Part shown: positions 46,001-59,800 of the stretch, piece after piece
Layout of the letters: each line of letters opens with the position of its first letter
Numbering within the stretch: the stretch's first letter is position 1
NCBI RefSeq assembly: GCF_964355755.1
Contig: NC_092677.1
Span: 9,198,101-9,262,100, forward strand
Length of the DNA: 64,000 bases
Source: Antedon mediterranea
Lineage: Eukaryota; Animalia; Echinodermata
Direction: 5' to 3'
Notes under the pieces: model-generated
What the model was told of the DNA's origin: nothing
The model's input: only the letters and a program-made list of their open reading frames with translations
Database searches by the model: none
Made by a program: the position numbers and the translations under genes

Positions 46001-49000
46001 TGAATACAATAGAACCTCTATTGAAGGAATACCTTTTAGAAATGACAAAGTGGGTTGGTCATAGTGTTAGTTTTGTCTTCACTATCAAACTAGTTTGACA
46101 AATATGGTAGTGATATGCCCAAATATGGTAGTGATATGCCCAAATATGGTAGTGATATGCCCAAATATGGTAGTGATATGCCCAACCATGGTAGTGATAT
46201 GACATCACTGTGTCCTCGTAATAAGGTTTGAATTTGTCACAAAGGAGGGGTTTTACTGTATAACCATAAGACTCTGAATATACGCATTGACACTACGAAG
46301 TGTTTGGTGTCAATTTGTAAATTTTAATTATAGATTAAAATAATTTCTCATATACCTCATCTATCATAAGTTTAAATTTATCTCCAACTTTGATTCCGTC
46401 ACCGTCAACAGCAGATACTTTTCCAACATGTAGTACATAACCACCTTTTACTTGAACATTAGTGACACGAAATTCTACATTCTGTAAAAAATTAATTATA
46501 TCAGATATCATATTTACTGTAAGTCATAGATTAGCCATCTAATTGACATAAAACATAGCAATTTTACCTACCTAACAAGAATTATCTAAAAATGTATACC
46601 ATCTATGCTAGAGTGCACCTTTTATTAATTTTAACTTAAATAATATATAGTACAGTTGTTAAAGGCCAACTCAGACAGCATCGTACCAAAAGAAATGTCT
46701 TGACTCGTCAGGCTATCTGAGTTGTCTTGAGATAGCGACGGATGTAGTTTTGATGTCGCTGGGAGAACATTAAACATGTTTAACTTTCTCCGGACAAGAC
46801 GACTTGTCGTGCCTCGTCGCTGCCTGGGTTGACCATAAGACTCTTTTGGTTCTTTTGTGTTTTTTTATGGATGGATAAATCAGAAATAAAAGAAATTGAA
46901 TTGAAAAAATTGCAAGAAATTTCCAAAAGAAACGTAAGAAATGTAGTTAGGAATAATATATTAACCATTCCTAAATTGCCATATTTGACTTGTTTTTTTT
47001 TGTTATTTAAAAGTAAAATAAACAACTTACAACATTTCCTTCCTTCTCCATGAATCCTTCATCATAGATCTGACCTCCTTGCTCTGCATAGAAACAAGTC
47101 TGGTCCAACAGCACACCACACTCATCACCATTATCAACCTTCTCTACAAACCGTTTGTCTTTTCGGATTGCTATAACAGTTCCTACTGTAGACTCAAAAT
47201 CTGCACATAAAGATATAATAAAAGCACTAAGAAACTAATTGAAGTACTTAGCAATATATATCAGGGAAAACTATATTTGGAGAGAGATGGCTCACTACTT
47301 GATATTTCAGTTCATTTTAAAATAATACATAGGCTATTTAATATCTCATATGGAAGATACAGATATATATATTTTAATATAAGCTTTTTTGAAGTGACCA
47401 ATTTATCAAATTTTCTGAAAATCAATAGGCATGTTCTGTAATATACCAATTAACACTTAAACATTCAAGACGATAACAAATTGTGGACGCTATCGTACTA
47501 ACAAACAAATCAAGTAATACAATCTTACACAACACAATAAAAAACAAATGGATGCTACAAGAAATCTAAAGTCAAATAAGCTGAAAAGCAATGTTATGGG
47601 CAATCATGTTATTATGGACAACCGGAATGCTTTAAGCCTGAAGTTATATCTGCACTTTGTGTATCACCTTTCAAATAAAGATTGAAGACACTTTCACAAG
47701 TACACTCTGAAAACTAGACCAGTCATAAACTAACTATGAGTGCTATATCACAATCACACTCACTGTAAAATCCATTGTCTCTAGTGTAGTTATATTTAAG
47801 TAGATCATTCGTTGGAGGGACCTTTCTCTTTTCCTTCAGTTCATCAATAGCATAAACATCCAAGCCGATAGTATCGTCCACTCCAGATCCCTTCCCTTGG
47901 GATTTCAATTGAGCAGCTTTCTTCTCCGTGTTGTACTCTTTCTGATCAACAGACATTCCTTTCTCTTCCACCATTAATTCCGTCAAATCCGGAGGGAAAC
48001 CGTACGTGTCGTATAATAACCATGCGGCCTTGCCTGATAGTGGACAAAAGTTATACAACATTTTTACAAAAATTGGTAACATGACTTTTTACTATACACT
48101 TGTCAGCTTTATAATGTAATTTTTTGAAAGAATTTTTTACAATACTTAATCATTTGTCCATTTTATAATATACAGTAGTTATTATTTAAGGTTTGCTAAT
48201 AAAGATTTTCAAATAAATACATTAATCATATCTGAACTGTCACCATATTCACAATAATGAACTAACCTGGGAAAACCTTAGTAGAATCCCCTAATTTGTT
48301 AATGGTACGCTCCAGAACTTTCCTGCCTCTATTGAGTGTCTTAAGGAACTGTGCCTCCTCATCATTGATAATGTCCATTACCATCTGTGGATCTTTTCTA
48401 ACCTCTGGAAATGCATCTCCCTAAAAAACATATCATTGAATACTATTACACTGGACAGTATCTGCTTTTAAGGTTTTTATGCTTGTATTACGGATTCCTG
48501 CTGGCACTGGCAAAATCCAATTCAAGTATATGATATAAAACACTTGGGGTCATTGGTTCAAATCCTGTTGAAAGTCATTCAGGTTATACTCTTTTGTGAA
48601 TAGGAATTATTACTTAACAATAGGAATTACTACTTAGTACTTACCAATACTTGCACAACAACTGGAATGAGCGTTGCAAATTTGCCAGGACTGGCGCCAA
48701 GCTTTTCTGTGATGTACCTTACACCTCTTCTAAGAACCCTCTTTAAAACATATCTAAAAATATTTTTCAAAAACTATGTTGAGAAATTCTCAATTTTAAA
48801 ATAATCATATACAGAAACAGTAGAAAATGACACCTCAAGCCACAACAAAGTTTCTCTCTAAAAGGGGTGTCTCCTAAATAGGGGTTGGTAGCAGTATTAG
48901 GACATATAATGTTCCTTATTTGTTTCACATGCAAATGTGCCCTTAAAATGGGTGCTATTAAATAGAAATGCCCAAAGGGGTTGGGATTTTACTGTAGTTA

Positions 49001-50733
49001 CATTCCATTAGAAGCCAATGTAGAAATTACAAAGAGCGAATGTGAATTGAATTCTTTAAATGATGTAAAAATAATTCCTTACCCTCTTCCAACATTGTCT
49101 GGTCTGCCACCATCTGAAAATGCAATGGTCAGTGTCCTGGCATGGTCAGCAACCACACGGTATGCCATGTCGAGTCCGTCCACGTCATCCTTACCAACCT
49201 TTCCAGTGTATGGCCTTGCACCAGATGCCTGCAAAAGAAATACATACGAAGAATTCTGGAATTGATAGGCAAACATCTAAACCACAACACCAGAATTAAA
49301 CATTCAATTCTACATTGTACTTACAGTTTGAATGGCATCAAATAAAGGCACAAAGAGATCAGTATCGTAATTAGAAGTCTTTCCTTGAATGACGGAGGCT
49401 ATCCTCTCCAGCCCCATTCCGGTGTCAACTGATTTCTGAGGCAGGGGTTTCAGGACCGTAGCACTCTCTCTGAGAAAGCAAAGAAGATAAACGTATGTCG
49501 TTTGCAAGTAAAAATACATATGAGCAGAGTGCCACATATCTAATGGAGACGCCTTAGCTTCAGTGATGGACGGAGACAGAATCACAGAAGAAACAAGTAA
49601 TTACACACCTGTTAAATTGAATAAACACAAGGTTCCACAACTCTAAAACATCTGGGTCATCCATGTTGACCAGATGAGTAGCATTTCGTCCACCAATGCG
49701 GTCAAAGTGGATCTCTGTGCATGGCCCGCAAGGACCGGTGTCACCCATCTCCCAGAAATTATCTTGCATGCCAAATGGTAGAACACGATCTTCTGGAATT
49801 CTGTAATTGATAAATACATTTTTAAAAGGTCTTCATGTTGTTGCTCCAGTGACCTAGTTTAATATGCAGTAAGACATCCTTCTGGTATGTCATGCTTACC
49901 CAAGATCTATCCAGATCTGTCTACAATCTAAGTCAGGCTCCAGACTTGCTTCTTCAAATCCTCCAAAATAAGTGACATACAGTCGATCCTTAGGCAATTT
50001 GTAAACATTGGTCATCAAATCCCACGCCATTGCACATGCTTCTTTCTAGATGGTTAAACAAATAAATTACAGTGTTGTAATAATATATCATTGTAATGTA
50101 TCATTCTAGTTATTTGTATTTTTAGGAATGCTTGGTTCAGTCATTGTGATTTTAGCCTCCAATTATATGTTCATTGTGATAAGATATTCTAGTTTATCAC
50201 CTGAATTGTGTTACTGTTCAGTTTTATAGACATTTTACAATAATATATGGTCAAACTAAACTTTAAATTTCTAGTCTATGTTCTCTGTGTTTTGTTTTTA
50301 CTAAATCTTAAATTAAAAATAAAGAAAATTGGTAATATGGGAAATTAAACAAAGAATAAAAGAATTGTAAAATCTGTAAATGATCACTAACTTTAAAGTA
50401 ATCGCCAAAAGACCAATTGCCCAACATTTCAAAAAATGTATGATGATACACGTCTTTTCCTACGTCATCCAGATCGTTATGCTTTCCGCCGGCGCGAATG
50501 CACTTCTGCGAGTTAACGGCACGCTTTAATTTCCCCATGTCACTGTTTGGGTCAACAGTGCCGAGAAATATTGGTTTGTATTGATTCATGCCAGCATTGG
50601 CAAATAGAAGGGTGGGGTCGTCCATTGGGATGGTGGACGATGAGTGAACATATTTGTGGTCGAGTGTTCCATGCTTCTTGAAGTAGTCAAAGAACATCTC
50701 ACGGACTTGAGCAGATGTTAGACTTGAATCCAT
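43075..50733 (-). CDS. AARS1: Cytoplasmic alanyl-tRNA synthetase, 17 coding exons
   Basis: Exons 50733-50392, 50045-49900, 49800-49609, 49469-49325, 49228-49083, 48753-48645, 48420-48267, 48033-47764, 47200-47031, 46481-46356, 45974-45837, 45650-45510, 45322-45210, 44981-44747, 44636-44517, 43911-43711, 43251-43075. Motifs [64 protein letters not shown] and GKGGGK. Confidence 0.98.
43440..43545 (-). mobile_element. SINE fragment (MetaSINE-like domain)
   Basis: tttaaagtgcacac..gtacacatatcgacctccacttttaagtccttatc resembles the reverse of the MetaSINE central domain, by recall only. Confidence 0.4.
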
Positions 50734-51169
50734 GATGCTTTTGTATTTCTGAATCGATAAACCTAAAAATCATAAATTTTAAAAAATGAAAATAATATTA
50801 ATTATTAAATTATTATTAAAACAATTAAAAATATGTTTACTTGATACAACACTTCTACAAGATAGAGAAACCTTAAATATGGCACAAGTGATTTTGCTTG
50901 GAAGGCCAAGGTGAGGAGGTGACCTTCCCTAGACCTAGTCCGTGTAGAGAGCCTAGTTAGGTTAGTACAGGACCGTTAGTACTAGCTAGCTAGCTAGCAT
51001 TGGGTTTGGGCCTAGAAAATGTATTCTAACTTTTCTTTATTTATTACTTACAAAAAGTAAATTTAAATCAATCTGCTGGGCCTATGCATTTTATTGATAA
51101 TGTAATATGCGTTAAAAATAAAACCTGATAAATAGAAAGCGGAATTATCGTACAAAATACTGTAGCCTT

Positions 51170-51500
51170 ACCTACGAATTAGTCACAACGGTAATCCCCT
51201 TGTGAATTGTACTCTGATTTCATCAGCAACGTGTTTTTGTATTGAAAACCAGAATGACGTAACCGAAGTGAAATGTATAGCTATTGACACGACGGTTCTG
51301 TATTTTCAAAAAAGGTATGCACGCGGCGCGCGGCGGAGGAGGATCGGAGTAGAACAGTTGCCGTGTCGATAGCATCAACATTTTTTTTAGAATATGGCGG
51401 ACGATACAAATTGACCGCGGGCAAATCAAAATACAACCTTTTAAATGTATCTAAATAGTAATACTAGGGTTTAGTTTAAAAATATGGTACCAAGATGGTA
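51170..51500. promoter_or_regulatory. CpG-rich bidirectional promoter region of AARS1 (-) and LRRCC1 (+), with an X-box-like site GTTGCCGTGTCGAT (51357-51370) and a YY1-like AATATGGCGG
   Basis: Local CpG enrichment (gcacgcggcgcgcggcgg). Splice donors point outward on both sides (minus strand at about 51171, plus strand at about 51498). Acceptors precede the ATG exons (50763 and 53856). Confidence 0.55.
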
Positions 51501-51646
51501 ATCAGGATAAATATGTATGTTATATTTTATAGTAGGCCCTAGCCTAGGCCTAGGCCTAGGCCTATGCGAATTTTAATTATCTAGGCTAGGTATAAGCCCA
51601 GCTAGCCTACTAGGCCCAGGGCCAGGCCTAGACTCCTCCTCCTAGC

Positions 51647-53416
51647 GGGATCCAGTCAAGTCGCCCCATCGCAAAGTCGCCCCATACAAAGTCGCCCAAT
51701 ACAAAGTCGCCCCATCGCAAAGTCGCCCCAAAACAAAGTCGCCCCGGCACAGTCGCCCCATCGCAAAGTCGCCCCATTACAAAGTCGCCCCATCGCAAAT
51801 TCGCCCCATTGCAAAGTCGCCCCAACGCAAAGTCGCCCCATCGCAAAGTCGCCCACGGTTTTAATCATATTGGTTGCGTTTGATATCGATTGCGTTGTTA
51901 CTTTGGCATGTCGTATACAGTATGTTTATCCTATATACATAATTTGTGTTTTAATTTTTATTTTACAGGTTTTAATGGAGTGATGTGCTTTTTATTAAAA
52001 ATCATTAAAAAAATAGTCCCTTGTTTGAAAGTTCTAAAAAGATTAGGCCTATACCTGATTTATAGTTTCGAAAATGTTAATTTAATATGATTTTAAAATT
52101 AGTTACCAGAGCCACAATTACGAATCTTTCTTCAACCTACGCGTGGATACCAGCTAATTTTTTAGGATAATATAATAAATGTATAAATGTGTAGTAGCCT
52201 AGGCCTTCCTATAGATTTACAGTAGTTAAAACAATAACAGTGTTGTAAGATAATGAGTGTTATAGGCTACTTATTGATCATTTTGCATTTATTGACAAGT
52301 TATGTGTCTTAATTTTATAATGACTTTTCAAAATAAAGAAATTAAAAAAAAAAGGATTTCATCGCCGATATGATTGTTTTACATGCAGGTATTTTAGTAA
52401 AATTAAAACGCTACATTTTGACCATGGAAAAACCATCGTACAGTATCGTGTGCGTGTTTTTTAAAAAGGGGAATCCCCGACGGTCAGCAGAAAGACGGCG
52501 CAGTTCCGATTGGTTTCAGAGAATGTTTCAGATGGCGAGTCGCCTTTTATTCAATAGCACAATGATCATTTTACTGAAGAAATTCTTTTCAACCCCTTTG
52601 GTTAGGCCTAGAACATTCTAATTATCATGCCTAATAAATATCCTCATATCGGGTATTTATTTAATTTTAAATTAAACAAGACCGTGAAGAGGCACGGAAT
52701 AATACGTACACGGACGTACGACGAATACACACACGCACGTCATCATTTACGACATATAGTGGTGATATGATGCAATTTTATAATGGATATAATGATGGGA
52801 TTGCCTTTCCAGGCTTACAATCAATGTTCATTACGTAATACTATGTATATAATCTAGATCGTATAACATCATTTTATCGCGACCAAATTTAAACGCGACC
52901 GATTTCGAACGCGACTGATATCATCGTAAAACTCCGGCGGGGTTTCCCCATCTTCAGATGGTGCGTTGTAGTGCGACAACGGCGGAGTAATTACGGGGGT
53001 TTCCCTCTGGTAAGAAGCTAGCACGTTAGTGCGACCGCGGAGTGATTAGTCGGGGGCTTCCTCTCTGATGATGGTGGTGCGTGCCGATCGTGTGACCTGA
53101 GACTACTGTACATGGCGGGGCTTCCCCTTTTTATGCCTACACGTTCCGTGTTATTTTGTGTATCATTGCGACATTTTACGCACTTGTAAACTATTTTTTA
53201 ACGTTTTGGGGCGACTTTGCGATAGGGCGACTTTGTGATGGGGCGACTTTGCGATGGGGCGACTTTGCGTTGGGGCGACTTTGCGATGGGGCGACTTTGC
53301 GATGGGGCGACTGTGTCGGGGCGACTTTGTTTTGGGGCGACTTTGCGATGGGGCGACTGTGTAAGGGGCGACTTTGTATGGGGCGACTTTGCGATGGGGC
53401 GACTTGACTAGCATCC
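51647..53416. mobile_element. Foldback DNA transposon (MULE-like) with TIRs built of 13 copies of a 15-16-bp AAAGTCGCCCC repeat
   Basis: Ends GGGATCCAGTCAAGTCGCCCC... / ...GGGGCGACTTGACTAGCATCC. Repeat arrays at 51658-51854 and 53207-53406. TSD CTCCTAGC at 51639-51646 and 53417-53424. Confidence 0.92.
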
Positions 53417-53883
53417 CTCCTAGCCTAGGCCTAGGCTAACTAATAAGGCTTAGGCTAGCTAGGCTAGGCCTAGTTTAGTATTAAATATAAACTAGGGCCT
53501 AGCTAGGCCTACTAGTGAGTACTAGGCCTGGATTTAAAGTTTAGGCCTAGCCTAGGTAGGGCCTAGCTAGCTAGCTAGGCCGTTCGTAGAGGCATATTTT
53601 CGTAATTGAGTGCGGGCCTAGGCCTAGAAGTTATTTTTGCTACTTGCACCGAGTGATAAGGTGGATTTTGGTAGGCCTAGACCCACAGATTAGAAAAGAT
53701 CATGAGACGTTTGAAGAATGTGATGATAGTTAATCTATCTCAGAATTTGTATTTTAGACTTTAAAACAATAACAACATTTTATTGATGATGGATAGATAG
53801 GCCTACTACATAATTAATAGTAATAATAATACTAAAACTATTTTTTTTTTTGTAGGAATCCTTTGCATTAAATTGATTGCATT

Positions 53884-56800
53884 ATGACTGGACCGGAAAT
53901 ATTTCATGTGAAATTGACTGGCTTGTCACAAGATACAAACATGGACCCTGATAAACCACATGAAATTTGTCTCATTGATGCTGGTGTCACCAGCCTACTT
54001 GATGTTCCATTGGTTGGCCACATCCAAACATTAAACCTTCACTGCAATGAGATTGGCATTATTGAAAATCTTCAATATGCAAAGTATCTAAAACATCTGG
54101 ATTTGTCATCCAATCAAATTGCAGAGATCCAGGGTCTTGAGTCACTGATGTCATTGCGAACTTTGAATCTGGCTTGTAATGATATTGTGCAGGTCAAAGG
54201 TCTTAAGAATTTAAGGTACAGCTATGGGTACCACACAGGCTTGTAGAAAATAGGTTTTTATGTGAAAGTGATTATAACATAACGTATAGTTACAAGTAAA
54301 AATCTCAAGATTGTTTAACAAAGGTTGAAGTTTGATAACGGCAAAAACAATATTTATGGTGACTTCAGTCAGTGTATATGATGGTGGTTGTGAGCGACCA
54401 GCAGAGTGGCAGTGATGATGATTACTGTAATCAGTTGATGATGATTGTGATGGTTTTTATAAACATGTACTTCGATTTTACTTCCAGGAGCCTCACAAAG
54501 CTAAATTTGTCCTACAACCAAGTGAATAACCTCACTGGCCTAATTGAGCAGCATGGCCCCAGCTACAATCTCAAGAACCTAGAGCTGCAGAGCAACCATC
54601 TGGACAACTTCAGCCATGTTGTAAGCTGTCTTACAGGATTACAAAAGCTGAAAAATCTGATGCTGTCAGAGCCAGCTGGAAGCAACCCACTTTGTGATCA
54701 ACCAGGTATATATTGGTTATACAGTCACCTTTCCCAATACTGTACACCTTTGGGCTGGCAAAATACATCTGGTGGTATTCGTAATGTGTTTTATTGTTAA
54801 AAATAAATTTGGTACGGTTTGAAAATTCTGGTATTGGGAGAGTTTACGGTTTAAGATAAGTCGGATTTGGGTGTGCTCAGTACATTGGTTATATTGTACA
54901 TCTGCTAAACCAAATTACAAGTAATACACCTTGACACCTTACATTTTCAAATTGCTTAAATTACTTTTCTTAGGCTATCAAACTGGACTCTTGAACTCAC
55001 TGCCACAGTTACGTGTTTTGGATGGTTATGACAGGGCAGGTAAATTGGTGAAGAAGCAAGATGGCTTAGCAGAAATACCAGGTTTGGAGCAAATAATAAT
55101 GATAATAATAAACAAACATACTGAAAAAGTACAATTGAAAACCAAGAAAGACATCAAACAACTTAAAGAACTAGCCAATGAAAGATCCGATTGGAAGAAA
55201 CTGTCAAAAGAGAATTACGAAGCAGCCCAAGCGGAAATGTCACTAGACTTTTCAGCGGAGAGGCAGTAATCAAATCAAATCAATCGCTGAAAAAGTACAA
55301 TATAATTGTGAAGAACAATGGCTTGAAATTCAATTAAATACTAAATATGAATTCATATTTTGTTAGAAAATGAGAAATGCTTTAATCAAAATTACTAATA
55401 AATAAACGTTTTAAAGTGTTGTATCATTTTAAGGGCTTGAAGATTATTTGGAGTACCTTGTTTCTAACCAATCTGTGAGCAGCAGTCAAGAGGCGTCATT
55501 ACCATTGATCACGCCAAAGATTGACGAAGCTCTGGAACGTTTTAGGTCACGTGTTATATCTACCAACGTAGAATCCAGCACAGATTTCACAGACAATGTG
55601 GAAATCCAGGCTGGTATCCTGAAGCCATTCTCTAAGAGGAAAGATGTAAGTTAGAGAATGATACTATTAAAAAAAAACCTCAATTAATAATTCTAATAAA
55701 TCTCTCCAATTAGGACTCCTTATAATTAAATGTAACTGAAATCAAAAGGTTGTTCATTACAGCTTTTCTGCCAGAATAACAAGCTTAAGTTTCTTTCTAA
55801 ATAGAGACCAAATTGCATTGAACCACTAAAACTCTTGTTGCGAGAGTGTTCTTTTATTAGACCTTAAGTAAAATGTATGCATAATCTTATTTTATATGCA
55901 GTTTCCTGCCTACCATAATACTAAGCTTTCATTATCTTTTACAAAACAATACAGCTCTATGCTATGGTAAATAAATTTGAAATAGAATTTTAGATTAACA
56001 TTGACAACATTAATTATTTTTAAAGACTGATGTCCATGTGTCGATGGTAAAATCTACCCATGAGAAACGCATTGAAAACTTAGAGCAACAACTTGCTTTT
56101 ATGGTCGAGGAACGAAAGAAAGCTGAGGTACTCAATATCAATCGTTTTATCGTGCATTAGACTTTATATTGTATTGATGATAATTTGTTGTTATTTCTTG
56201 TTATTGTTAATTTACTTAGACAAGGAACTCAACAGATACTTCTATACATAGTGAGGTTAAGAAATCGGGGAAGATAAGTTGTCCAAGGGGTCTAGGAAAA
56301 ACTGGTAAGATGATATGGTTAAAAAAATGATAAGTTTCTTGCTTAAGTTGAGACCATTCTTGCATTTCATGCATGTCTAATTTTGTTGTATCACCCCCTC
56401 TATATTTATCTTATTTTGGCCCAGTAGTAATTTTTTTGTAAGAATTGATATTTGCCATAAATACAAAATCTGACTGTCTGATCCTGTTTTTCAACTGATA
56501 TGCTTGGGGAACATAATTTAGCTTTACCACAAATAGGAAAAGAAGTTTGTTAACCTGCATCCATGACAAGTTTTAAGTTTTTTTTAATACAAACTTTACC
56601 TATGTTATATTTTGGTATATTCTGACTATTATCATAATTGATTTATCATCATGTATGATGTATGTTAGATAGTGACAATAGTGAAAGTGAAACCAGGCAG
56701 CAAATAAAAACCAAAAAGAAACCAACAAGCAAATCAGTAACAACCAAACCAACAACTAGAAAACACCACAGTGAACAAATAAAGTCAAGTAATCAACCGG

Positions 56801-59800
56801 ACACTAGGTAATGATAACGATTAAGGTCATCGGTTGTATTTGAGTATCAAATTGGCAAATAACTGTCAATGATTTTTAATATTGTTAAAAACAAAAAGTT
56901 GTTACTAGATTGTAATTGTATAAACTATTTATTATAAAATAGTATTGTAATTTAAATTATATTAATTAAATGTATAAAAGCCTATATTGTATATGGTTGT
57001 TGCAGTTCTGCAAACTCAAGATCGGCCAAAAGAGCAAAGTCCAAATCTACCAGTAGCTCTCCAAACAGTGACTTTCACGCTCAGAAGTTTCCTAGCAGAG
57101 TTGTTCCAACAACAGCAGAGCAAGATTCAGACAAACTAGCCTTAATGCAGGAGTTAGATGGGGAAAGGGAGAGAAGATGGAAAGCAGAGCAAGCTGCAAG
57201 GAGACTAGCAGAGCATATTCAAGATCTCCAGAGTAAATGTAAGCGAATACTGTATTCAACAGTGGTTGCAGGATAATATTCCACAATGGTTGTTGGATTT
57301 TTAGAATGAAAGCAATATTTTTTTATTTAGGAAGTTTATGAAAAATGGTTTTAAGTATTTTAGGCTTAATAAATTTGTATTAGCAAAAAAATGTGTCTCT
57401 AGAGCTCTAGATTATAGTCCAAGTGAGGACAATAAATGTGCAAACTGTTACTTGTTGTTCCTGATCAGGATAGAGAATGTGATTTACTTACAATAATTTA
57501 AGATAATTTTGTCAATTTTATTTCCATTTTTTAGACAATTAAGTGCATTTGTTTTTTATATGTAAACGAATAAATATTGTAAGCTATGAATACCATTTAT
57601 TTAATATTTTTTAAGAAAATAATTCTAACGATTTCTGATTGTGTAGTAAATGATGAGCATGAGGTCCAAGACATAGCTATTCAAGCAACTACAAGACTGA
57701 AGCAGGCTTTGATGAATGAGAAAGAGGTCAAAGGCAAACAAGATATAATCATTGAAGAACTCAGGGTAAATGTTATCTATTTCAATATTATATTATTCTA
57801 ATATTATTGTCTTCTTTAAAACCGGATTATTTGTGTGCATATTTGAGCAATTTAGAACTAAAATTCATTTTCAATAAATTGAGCGGAAACGTGTAATGTA
57901 CATGTTATGTACAAATAAGTATATGTTATATTATATAAATCCAAAGTCAAAATACTGAAAAAAAATGACAATGCTGTGGGTATCAGTGGCTGGATTTCAA
58001 TAGAGATTTAAAAAAAAAAGCGAAAAGCTAAATCAAAACGATAAAGTAAAACAGCCAGAAAAGTTAGCAGAGCTTTCTGCCAACACTAGCCCTTCATCAG
58101 TGCAAATAAAGGTACTTGGACAAAGATAGATAGATATAAATAAACTAAATTTTAAATTACAGATTTCTTTGCACACTTACATATTGGAAATTGCATGCAA
58201 CACATTTGATTATTTTCTTTTCTTAACAATCCTTACAAATAAACATAAATAGAAAAACTAATGGGCTTTTATGTACTTTTGTTTTCAGAATAAAGTTGAG
58301 GAATTAACTAAAAGGTTAGAATCTAGTGAAAAAGCCGAAGAAGAGGAAAGGAGGGCACTACGGGCGATGGAAAGCACAGCAACAAAAGTGGAAAGAGAAC
58401 GACTACAGCAACAAGCACACGATGTATGTAGTAGAACCATTTCAGGTGTGGCAATTGTCAATGTGACTTTGTGTCAACGAATCTCTCTCCTAGTAAACCA
58501 AAAGTGGCCTAGTAGTAGAGCGTAAATTCATGCACTCTTCTATCTTCAAGAAATCTGGAGAAATTTCACCTTTAGTGGGAGATGGTATTGGACAGTTAGT
58601 CACTAGTCACTACTAATCTAGAGACTTTAAACAAAAAACGTCATATGATTTGAACCCACTGCAACAAGACTGAAGGCAATCCACCAAACCAGTATAATTC
58701 CAAATATTGCAGTTAATTGATTGTTTTAGTATGTGATTAAACATGTTGGTTTTTTGCAGTCGAAACGTACTCAGGAATATCAGATGAGAGCGGCTGCTAC
58801 TGCTCGGGAGTTGGAACTCGTTCGTAACCAAGCCAAGCAACTTGAAGGCAAGGTGCAACAACTACAGGAATTGCTGGCTATCAGGGAACAGGAACATAGG
58901 TAAGAAAGACGATGAAGAATATGCAGAGAAGTCGAAAAAAGAAAACTTATAATTTAATTCTAAGAGGTCTCCAGTATACAGAACAAATAAATAATAAGTT
59001 AATTGTTCTCTTTCAGAGAAAGCCTTAAAAATTGTCACAGTATTGACAGTACAGAGGTCAAAGATGCTGTGTCAAAGGCCGTCTCAACAGAATATGAAAG
59101 ACATCAAAATGAACAGAAACATTACAAGGAAAAGTGAGTTAAGCTAAATATTTTAAAGGAAAAATTAAAATTTATTTTTTTTTATTAAGAAGCAGCAAAA
59201 GATATATTAGTATTTTTGCCTATAAGCACTTTATTATCCCAGTCATTTTTTATCAAACATGCATGGAAACCAGGTACCCATTTGTTCATCTTGGTAGAGT
59301 TAGGCAAACGTAAGGAAAGTGTCTTTCCGAAAGATATAATCAATGCAACGAAGCTTAGATTCGATCAATAGTCCAACACACTGTCCTCACATGAATTTAC
59401 TTTTTGTTTTGTAGAATTGATTTATTGGCCAAACAGTACTCTGATCTAGAAGATGAATTCAGAATGGCACTCAAAATTGAAGCTGGCAGATTTCAACAGG
59501 TATAGATATTTACAGATTTCACAACCTAAAAAAAGAAACTTTACAAAGCATGGCCAAACCATAGAGGTTGCTATAATTCGGAAATACATCCAAACACTAA
59601 CGCTATTTTAAGACAATCGGCATCTATTAGTACTCAATTGGTATGCCAGAGTGATTGCATATGTTGATGTGCATTTTGTGTTTGGTTAACCAATGCATTT
59701 TTCGGCCTTTAGTAACAAAAAGGGACATGCTATTCGAGCTTAAATGGTAAATTTATGAACTATAGGGATGTTTGTTTGTATATCCAAAACAATTCTCCTT

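Noticed and set aside
51628-53414. ORFs with WGDFAMGRLC / KSPHRKVAP repeats
   Set aside because: They are translations of the foldback's sub-terminal repeats.
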